From assembly GCA_951406725.2 (NCBI GenBank), contig OX597818.1:92690001-92754000 (forward strand): a stretch of DNA of 64,000 nucleotides, read 5' to 3'. This DNA is from Octopus vulgaris. Taxonomy: Eukaryota. Positions 38,362-51,640 of this stretch are shown in pieces (position 1 is the stretch's first letter; each line of letters opens with the position of its first letter). A model generated the notes under the pieces. It did no database searches. It saw only the letters and a program-made list of their open reading frames with translations, and was not told the origin of the DNA. Position numbers and translations under genes: made by a program.

Positions 38362-38582
38362 CCCTTTTTTTTACTGTATTTATTTTGAGATGATCTGTGT
38401 TTCTTTCAATTACTTTAAATATATCAAAGACTTTAGTAAAATAACTTAGTTATCATTAAGCTAGTGTTAAGAACATAAATTGTGACCAAGGTTTGGTGGA
38501 AGATTTTAATTCAAAACTTATGAAAACAAGATATTTGTACTCAAAGCCAGAGGCGGTTTCAGTCAGGTTGGTAATGAAAGAG
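38362..38582. mobile_element. piggyBac-like MITE
   Basis: Flanked by TTAA (38358-38361, 38583-38586) with ccctt.../...aaagag termini. Related copies near 60770-60935 and 63325-63500. Confidence 0.55.
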
Positions 38583-40532
38583 TTAAACTGTTGCAGATTA
38601 ACACCTGCAGGAAAAACATGAGCAGCAAGATTTCAGGAAACTGTTCTGAGGACGAAGGATTGGGAATAGTATTTAGTATATGCAAAGTTGGATGGATACA
38701 TAACAGGGGTGATGATAGGTGGAGAGTGGTGGAGGTATGAGAGCAGCGGCGAGCTGGCAGAGATGTTAGCACGCTGGGCGAAATGCATAGCTGTATTTCA
38801 TCTGCGTTACGTTCTGAGTTCAAATTCCACTGAGGTCAAATTTTCTTTTCATCCTTTCGAGGTCAATAAATTAAGTACCAGTTACGTACTGGAGTCGATA
38901 TGATCGACTTAATCTGTTTGTCTGTCCTTGTTTGTCCCCTCTGTGTTTAGCCCCTTGTGGGTAGTAAAGAAATAGGTATGAGAGCAGCCAGCTCTGAGGA
39001 GATACTTAGTGTAAGTAAGGAGAGAGAAGAGACAACATGCTCTTGGAGTTCAATGATCTCTGCTGATAGCCTTTTTGCTGGTGTGGATCTACAGTAGTTT
39101 AAATGGAACAATAATGGTATTAATCTCCCCAGTTTTGGAGAGTCTACATGTCATGAATCTTCAGTCAATGCAACACTATGACAAGGCTGAGCATTTTGAA
39201 TTACAAGTACACTTTCTATCTTCCAAATTCATTCACAGACCTCAAGTCAAGCTGAGTCAATATAAAAGCTCTTGCCCAAGACATCACAGCATTGTAATTG
39301 AACCAGGTTGCTAAATAACCTTCTTGACCAGGTGGATGTACTGACAGGTGTTTCTTTAATATATGTGTGTGTGTGTGCAGTGATCTGTATCTTTGAGTTG
39401 TTTATGGTTACTAATCTATTATTGAAAGCTGAGGTCATGGAGATAGTGTAAGGTTACATATAAGTAAATGCTTATGTACAGATGATACCATCCTAAGCTC
39501 ATCCCTTTCAAGTGCATAGATGTGTTTATGGTCTGAAGCAGTGCTACTCCTACTACTCACCACCTAATTAGCCTCCTCTCAGTTTTTGCACTCTCTTTTA
39601 CTTGTTTCAGTCAATTGACTTTGGCCATGCTGGAGCACCGCCTTTAGTCAAGCAAATCGACCCCAGGACTTATTCTATGTAAGCCTAGTACTTATTCTAT
39701 CGGTCTCTTTTGCCGAACCACTAAGTTATGGGGACGTAAACGTACCAGCATCAGTTGTCAAGCAATGTTGGGGGGGACAAACATATACATACACGTACAT
39801 ATATATACATATATACGATGGGTTTCTTTCAGTTTCCGTCTACCAAATCCACTCACAAGGCTTTGGTTGGCTCAAGGCTATAATAGAAGACACTTGCCCA
39901 AGGTGTCACGCAGTGGGACTGAACCTGGAGCCATGTGGTTGGTAAGCAAGCTACATACCACACAGCCACTCTTACATTTATCATAAATGTGTGATTAATA
40001 TTACAGAATCGTTAGTGCACCAGACAAAGCTGTTAGTGGCATTTCATCTGTTTACACTCTGGGTTCAAATGCTGTCAGGATTGACTTTGCCTTTCATTCC
40101 CTTGGGCTCAATAAAATAAGTGCTAAAATTTGAAATAAACATATTAAATGTGAAGATATTATAAATCAGTGCCCCTAAAATTAAGAGGTAATTGCTCTCA
40201 ATGTTCCTAATATAGGTTTCAAATTTTTGTACAAGGCCAACAATTTCAAGGGTGGGACTTAAACGATTACATCAACCCTAATGTTCAACTAGTACTTATT
40301 TCATCAAATCCAAAAGGTTGAAAGGCAAAGTTGGCCTCAGCAGCATTTGAACTCAGATCCTAAGGTCAGAAGAAATGCTGTGAAGCATTTTATCTGGTAT
40401 GTTAATGATTCCACCAGCTCACTGCACTCAGTATTGGTTTCAAATTTTGGCACAAGGCCAGCAAGTTTAGTGCATGAGTCCATCACCCTAACAACTAGGC
40501 CACACACCTCCACACTATAAACAATAAAGTGT

Positions 40533-40616
40533 TGTCCCATCCAGTGGGGAAATAAGAAATTAAAACTGTTATTCATTTAATAGTTTTAATTTCTTATTTC
40601 CCCACTGGATGGGACA
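40533..40616. repeat. Near-perfect inverted repeat: 39-bp stem, 6-nt loop
   Basis: tgtcccatccagtggggaaataagaaattaaaactgtta-ttcatt-taatagttttaatttcttatttccccactggatgggaca, with one G-T pair. Confidence 0.92.
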
Positions 40617-41489
40617 CCAGTCCATTGCAGGATTACTCATATTTGCCAGCTGAGTAGATTGTGGAGCAATATGAAAGTGTTTTGTTCATGAGCACGTGTT
40701 ACTTGGTCCAGGAACTGAAATGTGTCCAACACCCTAACAACTAGATGACAAACCACACTATAAAAATCAATTAAAGTAATTAAATGAAGAATAGTTTTAA
40801 TTGCTTATTAAATGACAAAATGTGACCTGTTTCTGTACTGTTTATTTATTTATGCGCCCTTTTCAAGCCTAGCCAGGATCATGGGCCTGGTTTCCCAGTT
40901 TCTGTGGTATATGTGTTCACCCCAGCTGGACAGGATGCCAGTCCAAGAAACAGGAAGAAAGAGTGAGAGAAAGTTGTGGCAAAAGAGTACAACAGGGGTC
41001 GCCACCACTCCCTACTGGAGACTCATGGAGCTTTAGGTGTTTTTGTTCAATAAATACACACTATGCCCGGTCTGGGAATCGAAACCGCGATCCTCCGACT
41101 GTAAGTCCGCTGCCCTAACCACTGGGCCATTACGCCTCCGTTTCTATACTGTGGCAACACAATTTGATATAACATTGATTATTTGTATCCTTTCATTCTT
41201 TTATTTGTTTCAGTCATGGGACTATGGCCATACTGGATCACTGCCTTGAAAGGTTTACTTTAACAAATCAGTTCCATTCTTTTTTATTTTTTAAGTCTTG
41301 TACTTATTCTATCAGTTTCTTTTACCAAATTAAGTCACAGGGATGTAAACAAACCAACATCTATTATCAAGCAGTGTGGGGACAAATGCACACACAATAT
41401 ACAACAGGCTTCCGCACAGTTTCTTTTTATCAAATTTGTTCACAAGGCATTGGTTGGCTCCAGTTTGATGACCTACATGAAGTGCCCGG

Positions 41490-41935
41490 AGGAGGTAGTG
41501 CTTCCCTGGGTTAAGAGGGTGGCTACTGGAAGACCCTATGTTTGGCAACAGGACTCTGCACCATGCCACACAAGCAGAAGAACCCAGTCATGACTGTCAG
41601 ACAATTTCTGCAACCACATCTGGCCACCTAACTCCCTAGACTGCAACCCCCTTGATTATTATGTGAGGGGCACAGCTGAGCGAGAGACCAACAAAACTTC
41701 TTGCAACACCAAAGATGAACTGAATGCAAGGATTATAGCAGAATTCACCAACTTAAACAAGGAGACTGTCCAAAAGAGCTGCAGGAGATTCAATGGCAAT
41801 TTTATTGAATACATTTACCCTTTATCATTTCAAGATATTTCTATGCAGTTTTGGTAAATATATCTATTAAAATGAGATGTTAGTGTTATTTTCATTTTTG
41901 CGTAATTTAGACGACAATTTATTCAACACACTCTG
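41490..41935 (+). mobile_element. Tc1/mariner (maT/DD37D-like) transposase 3' fragment
   Basis: PYVWQQDSAPCHTSRRTQ...WPPNSLDCNPLDYYV...NTKDELNARI; terminal-repeat-like end near 41935. Confidence 0.85.
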
Positions 41936-42574
41936 TGTGTATGTATATGTGTGTGTGTTTGTTTCAGACACACACACAACCATACACTCTCACTCTGCTT
42001 GATAACTGGTGATGGTTTGTTTACATTCCTGTAATCTGTTCAAATAAAGTCTTTCGTGTTGCCTCACTACAACACGACTGAAATGAATAATGATGAAAAA
42101 GAAAGTCACAGTATTTGAAAAAGGATTTTCTTAAAATTATTTATTATATTTTAAATATCTTTTAAAAAAAGAAAGGATATTACTAAAAGTGAGTTTTGGT
42201 ATTAGACATGTTCAAATCTATTTCAACCTGCTTATTTTAAAAGTTTATATAACTTATAATTTTTAATCTAAGAAAATCTCTGAAGCAACTGCAATGAAAA
42301 TGTTGTCCTCAATGCAATCTCCAATTTGAAGTTCATTGATGCAGGCATGTGCCTTGAGAGCTGGCACAGCTGGCAAGTTCTCAATAGGCCAACACCATTA
42401 CCTCATGCATCTGCACTTGAGCACCCTCCCCTCTGCTACTGTTGTTGCCCTCTGCCTCATGCCCTGGTTGAAACTGCACCTGCTCATACACACATACTCC
42501 TCACTATTTGTAAAATGATTTTAAAATAATTTATAGATTATACAAACAATCTTTAAAAAGAAAGTAGATTATCA

Positions 42575-43052
42575 TATATATATGTGTGTGTGTGTCTATG
42601 TATATATATATATATATGTATACATATATATATATATATATACACACATACATATATACATTTATAAATATATTTATACATTTGTATATATATATATATA
42701 CACACATACATATATACATTTATAAATATATTTATACATTTGTATATATATATATACACACACATACATACATACATATATACATTTATAAATATATACG
42801 AAATATATAAACATACTATGTATGTATGTATGTATGTATAAAGCAAATATATAAAAGTATTATTACTGTTAAAGACAGTAATAATGAGGTGGCTAGCAAG
42901 ACTTCTCCCTAAACAGGTATAATATGAAATATTTGAATAAAAGAAGGGTAAAAATACCGCTTGCCAAAGATGAAAGCAAAAGCTTCAAAAACCATGAAGC
43001 ATAATATACATATATATGTGTGTATGTGTATATATATATGTGTGTGTGTATA

Positions 43053-43104
<52 letters not shown>

Positions 43105-43110
43105 TACATA
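42575..43110. repeat. (TA)n/(CA)n low-complexity tracts with higher-order repeats
   Basis: Directly visible; catttataaatatatttatacatttg is repeated. Confidence 0.9.
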
Positions 43111-45439
43111 TAGTAGTCCCTCAACTATTTTGGGTGTTACATTCCAAAACCCCTCACGATAGGTGAAAATCTGCAAAGTAGAAACAGTACTGTAGCGTAT
43201 ATTTTTTATTATTATTTTTATAAATATACTTATTTTATCATAAATGCAAAACAGCACCACAGAGGAATCAATGTAAGCTTATATAATAAACAGCAATAGG
43301 TGAACCACAAGGGGTTATGTATACACATACTATATATACGTTTTTATATACATATATACATATGCATGCTATGTATACATATGTGTGTGTGTATATATAT
43401 ATTTCGGTGTGCATACTTTTTTATGTATTTACATTTATTTATATCATATATGTATATATATATATATATATATATAAACTTCGGTTGTATTTGATATTCC
43501 AAAATTCAGCAACCCGCAAACTACTATTTATTAAAATATATCTGAAGATATGAATTATTTGTAGTCTATTTGCAGGCTCTGAAATGTATTCTAAAAAGCC
43601 ACTCCCTTCCTCATTTTCCTCCAGCTATTATTTCTACCTTCCCACTGGTAAAGGAGTGTGATTTAGTTCACTTTAGCTTCTACATTACCAGGTTATTCCC
43701 AGCTGTCAAAGGAAAATAAAAAAATTTTTCTATCAACATTTTTTTGCAGTTTTACTTCTCTCTTTCTATCTCTCTCACTACTTTCTTTCCCCTTGTCCAT
43801 ATATCTATATCTGAATATTTGTAGTTATTTTCCCCCCTTCTCTATCTATTTTACCACTACCTTTCCTTTTTTTCTCTATCAATCTCTCTCTCTATCTATC
43901 CATCTACCTCTCTGCTTCACCACCACCTCCTTTGCTTCCTCTCTCTACCCCTATATCTGTCTATGACTGTTTGTAGTTATACTTCCTCTTCTCTATCTCT
44001 CTCACAACTTTTTCCCCTCTGTCTTTCTTCAGATCTCTCTCTCTCTCTGTGTTTGCTAACCTAAATATCCCTGCCTTCATTTCCTGTAAGTCAACAGTCT
44101 CCACAAACCAAGCTAGTTTATCTTTTTTTTGTTTTTTTTATTAAGTATTTCCTATTCAGTTTTTAGGGTACATCCTCAATTGTTTTCAGAAAAAATTCTC
44201 ATTGACATACACCTAACTACATACAGATGGTAAATCTTTTACATAGTTTTTTTGATCAGTTTTTCTTTCTAGAGTTTAAAGTTCAAATCCATAGCTAAAA
44301 GATTTATTCTTTGTTATATCATCAAGTATATAAACACATGGATTATTAATAAGGAAACAAACATTGGCTATTGATGGCTATAATCCTTTTTTCCTTCCTT
44401 TATCTTACTTTGTTCCTCTTTTTGTATTTTCACTTTCTCCCTGTGTTTTGGATTTGGATTTTTAATGTGGTTTTGTATCATACATGTATCATGCACAAAT
44501 AGTCTTTTACTTGTTTCAGTCATGTGACTGTAGCCATGCTGGAGCACCGCCTTTAGTCGAGCAAATCGACCCCAGGACTTATTCTTTGTAAGTCTAGTAC
44601 TTATTCTTTCGGTATCTTTTGCCGAACTGCTAAGTTACAGGGACATAAACACGCCAACATCGGTTGTCAAGCGATGTTGGGGAGACAGACACAAACACAT
44701 ACACACAATATATACATATATACGACAGACTTCTTTCAGTTTCACTCTACCAAATCCACTCACAAGGCTTTGGTCGGCCCAAGGCTATTGCCCAAGGTGC
44801 CACGCAGTGAGGCTGAACCCAGAACCATGTGGTTCGTAAACAAGCTACTTACCACACAGCCCCATGTTATATTCCAGAAAAAGGTATTCAAAAAGTAATT
44901 ATTATTTGTATGACTTGATGATTCCTATCTTGGTTTCTTTTCCCTTTAAGAATTCAATATTCCGTCATATTTTACTGAGAGTTTATTAGATAAAGATTAT
45001 TTATTAAGTTGTGTAGTAGAAAACTTATGTGCTGACTAGAATTTAGATAGATACTTACAAGACAGATATTTTTTTGCCAGAATTGGCCAAGGCCATGACT
45101 AACTTTATAGAACCACCTAGAAAAGACATTTAATAGTGTTTCATATTACAGTCATTCTTTGAGCACCACAGCCTATTCAAGAAAATTGTTATTGTTTATA
45201 AAGATATTACCATGTGTAAGTAGTTTGTCTGGAATTTGTTGGAGGTATTCATCCAGGAACTGCCAAGAAATACCAGAAGGGTTCCAATGATCTTAGTTCT
45301 AATATTTAATTCATGGAATGGAGTCAGCATACAAAATTGATAGTTTTCAACTGGAGAATGTTTTGCTGCTAAAAGTATGGAATGTCTATATTAATAGGTT
45401 TTGAAAAATGGTCTCTTACAGAACTTGAGAACCTCTAAC

Positions 45440-46200
45440 AAATACATAGATTCAAGGAATGAGATTTACATTCGACGGATATTTGTCCTCATCTTGTTCG
45501 TTGTTAACACAATGTTTCGGCTGATATACCCTCCAGCCTTCTTCAGGTATCTTGAGGAAATTTCAAACCTGGGTTCTCATTCCTAAGGTATTTTTCGATG
45601 TTATTATTGGAATCGAACTTGGAATCTTGGGGTTAGTAGCCTGCACTCTTAACCACTATGCCATATGCCCGTGGGCAATTATGGAGTGAATTTTTAGGGC
45701 TTATAAATCTAATATTTTTCCTATCCTTCCTTAATACCGGTTCTCATATGCTGCTCATATCTGCATTTGGTCTGCTTAGAAGGTTATTGTGTCCTAGCAT
45801 ATGTGCTGCTTCTTTTAGTTTTTGCATTTTCCAGTGGTGTCCTCTGTCTATTATTTTAACTTCATCCCGCAGGGGGATGTGGTCTCTATTTTTCCATACA
45901 TGATCAGTTATACCTAATTTATCAATATCTCCTCATGTCACAGCTTTGCGATGTTCGTCTACCCTTATTTTGAGGGGGCAGCTTGTTTCGCCTTTGTATA
46001 ACCTACCACAGCTGCATGGGATGGAGTACATACAGTCTTTGATCATATTCTCTTCTATTGGTGGTTTTACTCGCAGGAGATATTTGCAAAGTGTTGTATT
46101 ACTCTTGAATACTGTCCTGATGTCATATGGGCCACATATCTCTTGTATCTTTTTGGAGAGGCCTTTCACATAGGGTAGATAGACTGTGGACAGTTTTTTG
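45440..46200 (-). mobile_element. Penelope-like element 3' portion: GIY-YIG ORF remnant, tRNA-like head and hammerhead-bearing terminal repeat
   Basis: LPYVKGLSKKIQ...MYSIPCSCGRLYKGETSCPLKIRVDEH...LKEAAHM. Head at 45609-45670, hammerhead at 45506-45551. Confidence 0.9.
45506..45551 (-). ncRNA. Minimal hammerhead ribozyme motif, slightly decayed
   Basis: gatac-CTGAAGA-a-GGCTG-gagggtatat-CAGCC-GAAAC-ATT-gtgtt. Stems I and II can form; stem III is probably decayed from AACGTT. Confidence 0.7.
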
Positions 46201-49200
46201 GCCTTAAAGAAATGTTCACTTCTCAGCCATGTGGCTTAAAGTTCAATTCCACTTTGCTGCAATTTGGGTAAATGTTTTTTACTCTAGCCCCGGGGCATTA
46301 TATCTGACTAAGAAATGTAGGGAGAAAGAATGATGGGATAAAGCTCAACTTCTGGCTGTATCTATAACATGTATTCAAAGAACAAATGAAGGAACTGCCT
46401 AAGTGTTTGCTTTGACAACTAGAAATAGGTGTGTTCAATCCTACTGAGGTTGACATATTTTCAGAGACATTCTTCTCATGACCATCCTATGTTTTCAGAA
46501 TTGGGTTATCTCAGATTACACTGTCAGTGTGTCCTTTCCTATTTTTTAAAGATTGTATGGTGTGGTTCACAAGATTTGGCTCATATCTCTACCAGATCAA
46601 GAGGCTATCTAGTGTGAAACTTAGTAAAATTAATACCAGTAATATACTAGTATAGATTCAGCTGATAAAACTCCTTAAAAGGAAATTATATTTTGTAATT
46701 CTAAATTCTTGATTTTTGGGTTCAATCTCACTATGTAGCACCTTGGGCAAGTGGATTTGGCTGACAGAAATGGAAAGAACCTCATCACACACACATACAT
46801 GTCAATATGTATGTATATATATGTGTGTTTGTATTGTGTTTGTCAACCAGTGTTGGTTTATTTCTGTCCCTGCAGCTTAGCAGTTTGGCAAAATAGACCA
46901 ATAGAATAAGTACCAAACTTCAAAAATAAGCACTGGGGTTGACTAAAACCACTTTAAAGTGGTGCATCAGCATGGCCACAATTCAATGACTGAAACAAGT
47001 AAAAGATTCAAGTGTGAGAGCTAGGGTATTGACATAAAGAAGTTCCGTTGGACAGCCAATTTTATATCCATGTTTTATAGCTTGGAAAACTACAATAAAC
47101 AGGAGGGTGCTAAGAACTTATCTTATATTTTGCTGATGCCAGTTTATGTACATTACAAGCAAAATTGTCATAAGCAATTATCTTCATTTAATTATGAAAA
47201 TTTGTTTTGGATTTGGTTCCAGAGTTAGCTACTATAGTCCCCAGCTGACCAAAGCCTTGTGAGTGGATTTGGTTGATGGAACCTAAAAAGTTTATCTTGT
47301 GTCTTTGAGTTTCATTGTCTCTGGTTTCTTCTCACCCCTAGCAGATAAATCTTATGTCTTTTATCTAAGTTTCATAATGACCAGCAGTTACAGAGCACGG
47401 TACCTGGTCAAAGCCTTCTCTAGAAAAATGAATGAATACCAGGTACAGAGGTTCATTTTTACCTAAAGTCTCCTGGTTGTTGTCTTGCCTGGAAGTGGAC
47501 ATCACTGCTGCCCAGTCTTGGTACAATCTTGAAGTACATTTCATCTAATTCTATTCCTGATCATTTGAACTATAACTGTCTGTTACTTCCATAATGCAGT
47601 TCATCAATATGATGCTTCTCTATTTGGTTTTATTCTGGTGTAACTGTTTGTCATGGTAACAGTTTATGATGATATTGTAGTACCACATCGATTATGTGTA
47701 AGAGTACTTTGCCAGATATTTTTGGCATCTCAGCAACTACACCCAACAGTTTGGTTGCTTTCCTTGTTATTATATCCTTAGTCATATCCTCTCCTTGTAA
47801 ATAGTGTGTGTGTGTGTGTGTGTGTGTGTGTATTGACCACTCTTAATCTTGCCAACTGAGAAGAATGCATCGAAGCCAAAACACGCCACATATTTTACCA
47901 AATATATGTCAACTTCAGTAACTGGACCCTCTGCTGAATCTGTTTGGGATAGTTCATCTTCCTACACATTCTTTTTCTTTAGTATCCTCTCAAATTAACA
48001 CTTCTAACATTATTTTTTCTTAGGTCACAATGAAGACAAGTGCAACACTGTTATTTTGTATACACTTTTCCCCAACATCAGCTTTGATACACTTTGAGTC
48101 AACTTTGATACACTCTTTTAATCAGCAAACCTCTTACTTTCACTTTATTCCTTTATGTCTAACTTATCTGGCAGCTGCTTCAAGTTGTCCCTCACTGGCT
48201 GCTTTTTCCTGGCCTGTCCCTAGCTTTTATGGCTGTACCTATTGAACCATTCCACCATCATGTGTGTTGGGCATGGAACGAAAAAAACCTATTTCTATAT
48301 TGATCTTTACAACCATTTCAAAAATTCAGGGATTATCTGAAGAAATGTATATTATGCAAATGGATGTGCATGCGGATGGAATAATTCACATCTTTCTTCT
48401 GTTGGCCTGCTCACTTAGTCAGCAGGGTGGCGTCATTTGAAGGCTAAAACAATGTGAAGTGCATTGTGACAAGTGATGTGTAGCAACATCTGATAGCCTG
48501 GTTGGTCACAGTGATATATCATGTCATATATATGATATAACTTTTTCATGATGTATTTATATATAGTATGTATGTATTTAGTCATTTTTACACACATGTA
48601 TGGAGTGGGGAATGGCAACAAGATGCTTTATAGTATTGAGTTACATGCCCTTACATTTCTGTATGCATGTCCTACCAATACCAGCTTTGCGTTTTCATCC
48701 CACTGGGCTGGGTGGCAGTGTGAGGCAAATAAAATACTGGTTGTTGATACCATTAGCTTTGCAGTCTCTCTGAAAATTTGTGTATTTGCCAATATTTGAA
48801 ACCATCATTTATACACACACACACACACACATCACACACAGTAATCAGGTACATATAGGATGTTGGCATATATCTAACTGATGTTATACATGAAATGGCT
48901 TAGGTATGTAGCAGAGAACACAAATGATTGGGTATAGGATTAAATACCTTGTGCTATTATATTGCATGCCTTTATACTGAGCAGAAATGTTGCTAGAGTA
49001 CTCTTAGCTATATACCTATCTGATATAAAAAATATATACTTGAGTAAATAGAATTAATTAATGAAAGAATTAGCTAATCCTTTCTTTTAAAATATATGGC
49101 ACTCTGCCAATATAAGAAATGTGTTCCATGTATAATTGTATGTACACAGTGTGTGTATATAAAATATAAAACCTTGTATGGTAAACAGTAAAAGTGTAGC

Positions 49201-50569
49201 GTTGTTATTATTGATTCTCAATGCATGTACATGCACATATATACACATGCTCCTGTTTGTGTCTGTACATGCTCTTATCCCTTTAGAACTCAGATTGCTC
49301 TATGGGATGTAAATATTGAATATATTTATTCACATTGTTTTGAATTAATCTTACTTTATCTTGTAACTTTATGATTTCAAGGATAAATTGGTTTTGTTTT
49401 AGAATGACATTGTAGGGTAGGTGTGAGAGGCTAAAACCAGTCAGTTTGAACATAAAACAGATAGAGTATTGAGACCAGGTATGACTGGTTTCAATTCATG
49501 AACAGGATTATGCACACGTGTACAATTAGATACATATTTTTAATGCATGCATGCACAAATCCACATGCCTGTTCAGGAGTCATCACATTTTTAATTAGTA
49601 AAGCCTTGTACTGTGTTCAGAGATCAATTAATGTCTTTTATATTTTCTCTGTGGAGGCACAATGGCCCAGTGGTTAGGGCAGCAGATTCGTGTTCGTAGG
49701 ATCACGGTTTCGATTCCCAGACCAGGCGTTGTGAGTGTTTATTGAGTGAAAACACCTAAAAGCTCCACGAGGCTCCGGCAGGGGGTGGTGGTGATCCCTG
49801 CTGTACTCTTTCACCACAACTTTCTCTCACTCTTTCTTCTGTTGGCCTGCTCACCTAGCCAGCGGGGTGTTGTCATTTGAAGGCTAAAAACAATGCGAAG
49901 CGCATTGTGACTAGCGATGTGTAGCAACATCTGATGGCCTGGTTGGTCACGTGATCACGTGATATTTTCTGTATATGTGTGTTGTGATGGTAGTGCTGGA
50001 GGGACTCATAATATGTGTATGTATGCATAGTACCATAAAACATTAAATATGCAAACAACGAGGTACGTGTGCATGTATATTTGAAAATCTAGTTGTAAGA
50101 GGAATTGTGAGAATATAACAATCCTTCAATGGTTTTCATGTGTGAAGGGAAAAGAGAGGAGGATAGTCTCTTGACAGGCAATTTTACAGTTTGTTGACTA
50201 TTCTTCAGAGAAGACCTCTCTCACTGAAGTAGTCAGAAATTCAACTATTACTATAGTATGTAGTTTAATTTATATTGTTTTGCTTTTGACAGACTGCTAT
50301 TTGTTAAACCATTTCTATTGTTTAACTCCGTGACAATGGTTGTTTATCAAACAACTTCACTGCACTAATGGTTATTGTTTCAGCTAAGGTCAGCACTCAG
50401 TGCATGACAGTGGTTCAGCATATATTTTTATGTCAGCCACTTCAAGGGAAGCACTGTTTATTTTTGTAAGCTATTATCATTGGGCAGAACATTCCTTCAG
50501 TGTTATTGCATGAATAACATAACTCAGCAAATTTAGACTAATAGCATATATTAGCTTAACAAAACATCA

Positions 50570-50686
<117 letters not shown>

Positions 50687-50829
50687 TCATTTTGATGCAT
50701 TCTTCTTTTCTAAAGCAAGTATACAACACACAAAAATTTATGCCAATGTCATGGGGTTAATATGTAGATAAGAACAATCATTTTTGATACAAAAAAAAAC
50801 AAAAAACTTCTTGCTCATGATCCTACATC

Positions 50830-51640
50830 TCCTCTTATGTCCCCATTGTTTACACTAGGCACATCGTATGGAATTTCTACCTATCCCTTTTCTGCATATC
50901 AGGCGTGGTCATTTATCTTCCTAAAAGAAGATAGGGATCTATCTTTCTTTACTAAAACTTTAGTATTTGCTAAGTTTACTTTGAGGCTCATCAATTTTAA
51001 ATTGTTTCCATGTCTGGAATTTCTTTTCCAATTCTTCTACAGATTTTGTTATAAGGACTAGGTTATCAATATAGAAGAGTTTCCTTTGGCAGATAGTAAA
51101 ACTCCTCAATTATAGCTTTGGAGGCTATAATAAATAGATGGACCCTCCCACTTCTCTGCATGCTAAATTCATCACTGAACTCATTATTGACTCTCACCTT
51201 GCTGATTGCATCTCAATTCATAACTTGTGCAACCATTGTGCAACCATTCCGACAGAGCAAGGAACCCAGTGAAAACCTTCTCCAGGTTTACAAATGCAAA
51301 ATATAAAGCTTAGCTAAGTACTTCTTATGAAGCACCAGGGTACCACTTCCTAGTACAAAACCAGTCTGCATCTCATCCAGATTAATCCTGTTCTGATTCA
51401 ATTTTGCAGTAACTCATTTTATAACTTTCAAAACTTTGATGCTTCTGTTGTGCATCAATTTTCCACTACCAGACACCTCTCCTGTTACCAACCTTCACCT
51501 ATTTCCAAGTAAGACTAAATTTTATATATTTACCTCCCACACAGAGAAAAGAAACAGAGGAATTTGTTACTCAACATTCCAGTTGTCTCAAGTCAACCAT
51601 TTATTCTACATCCGCATCACTGTTTTTGTCATTTAATTAG
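50830..51640 (-). mobile_element. Heavily decayed RTE-type RT fragment
   Basis: The minus strand resembles 15925-16490 (KVNLANTKVLV; EFSMQ; QTGFVLGSGT). Confidence 0.55.

Noticed and set aside
50293-50388. Possible exon or micro-exon (ttttgacag...AAG|gtcagc), and a similar one near 60607
   Set aside because: Weak donors, no coding signal, and expected by chance in AT-rich intron DNA.
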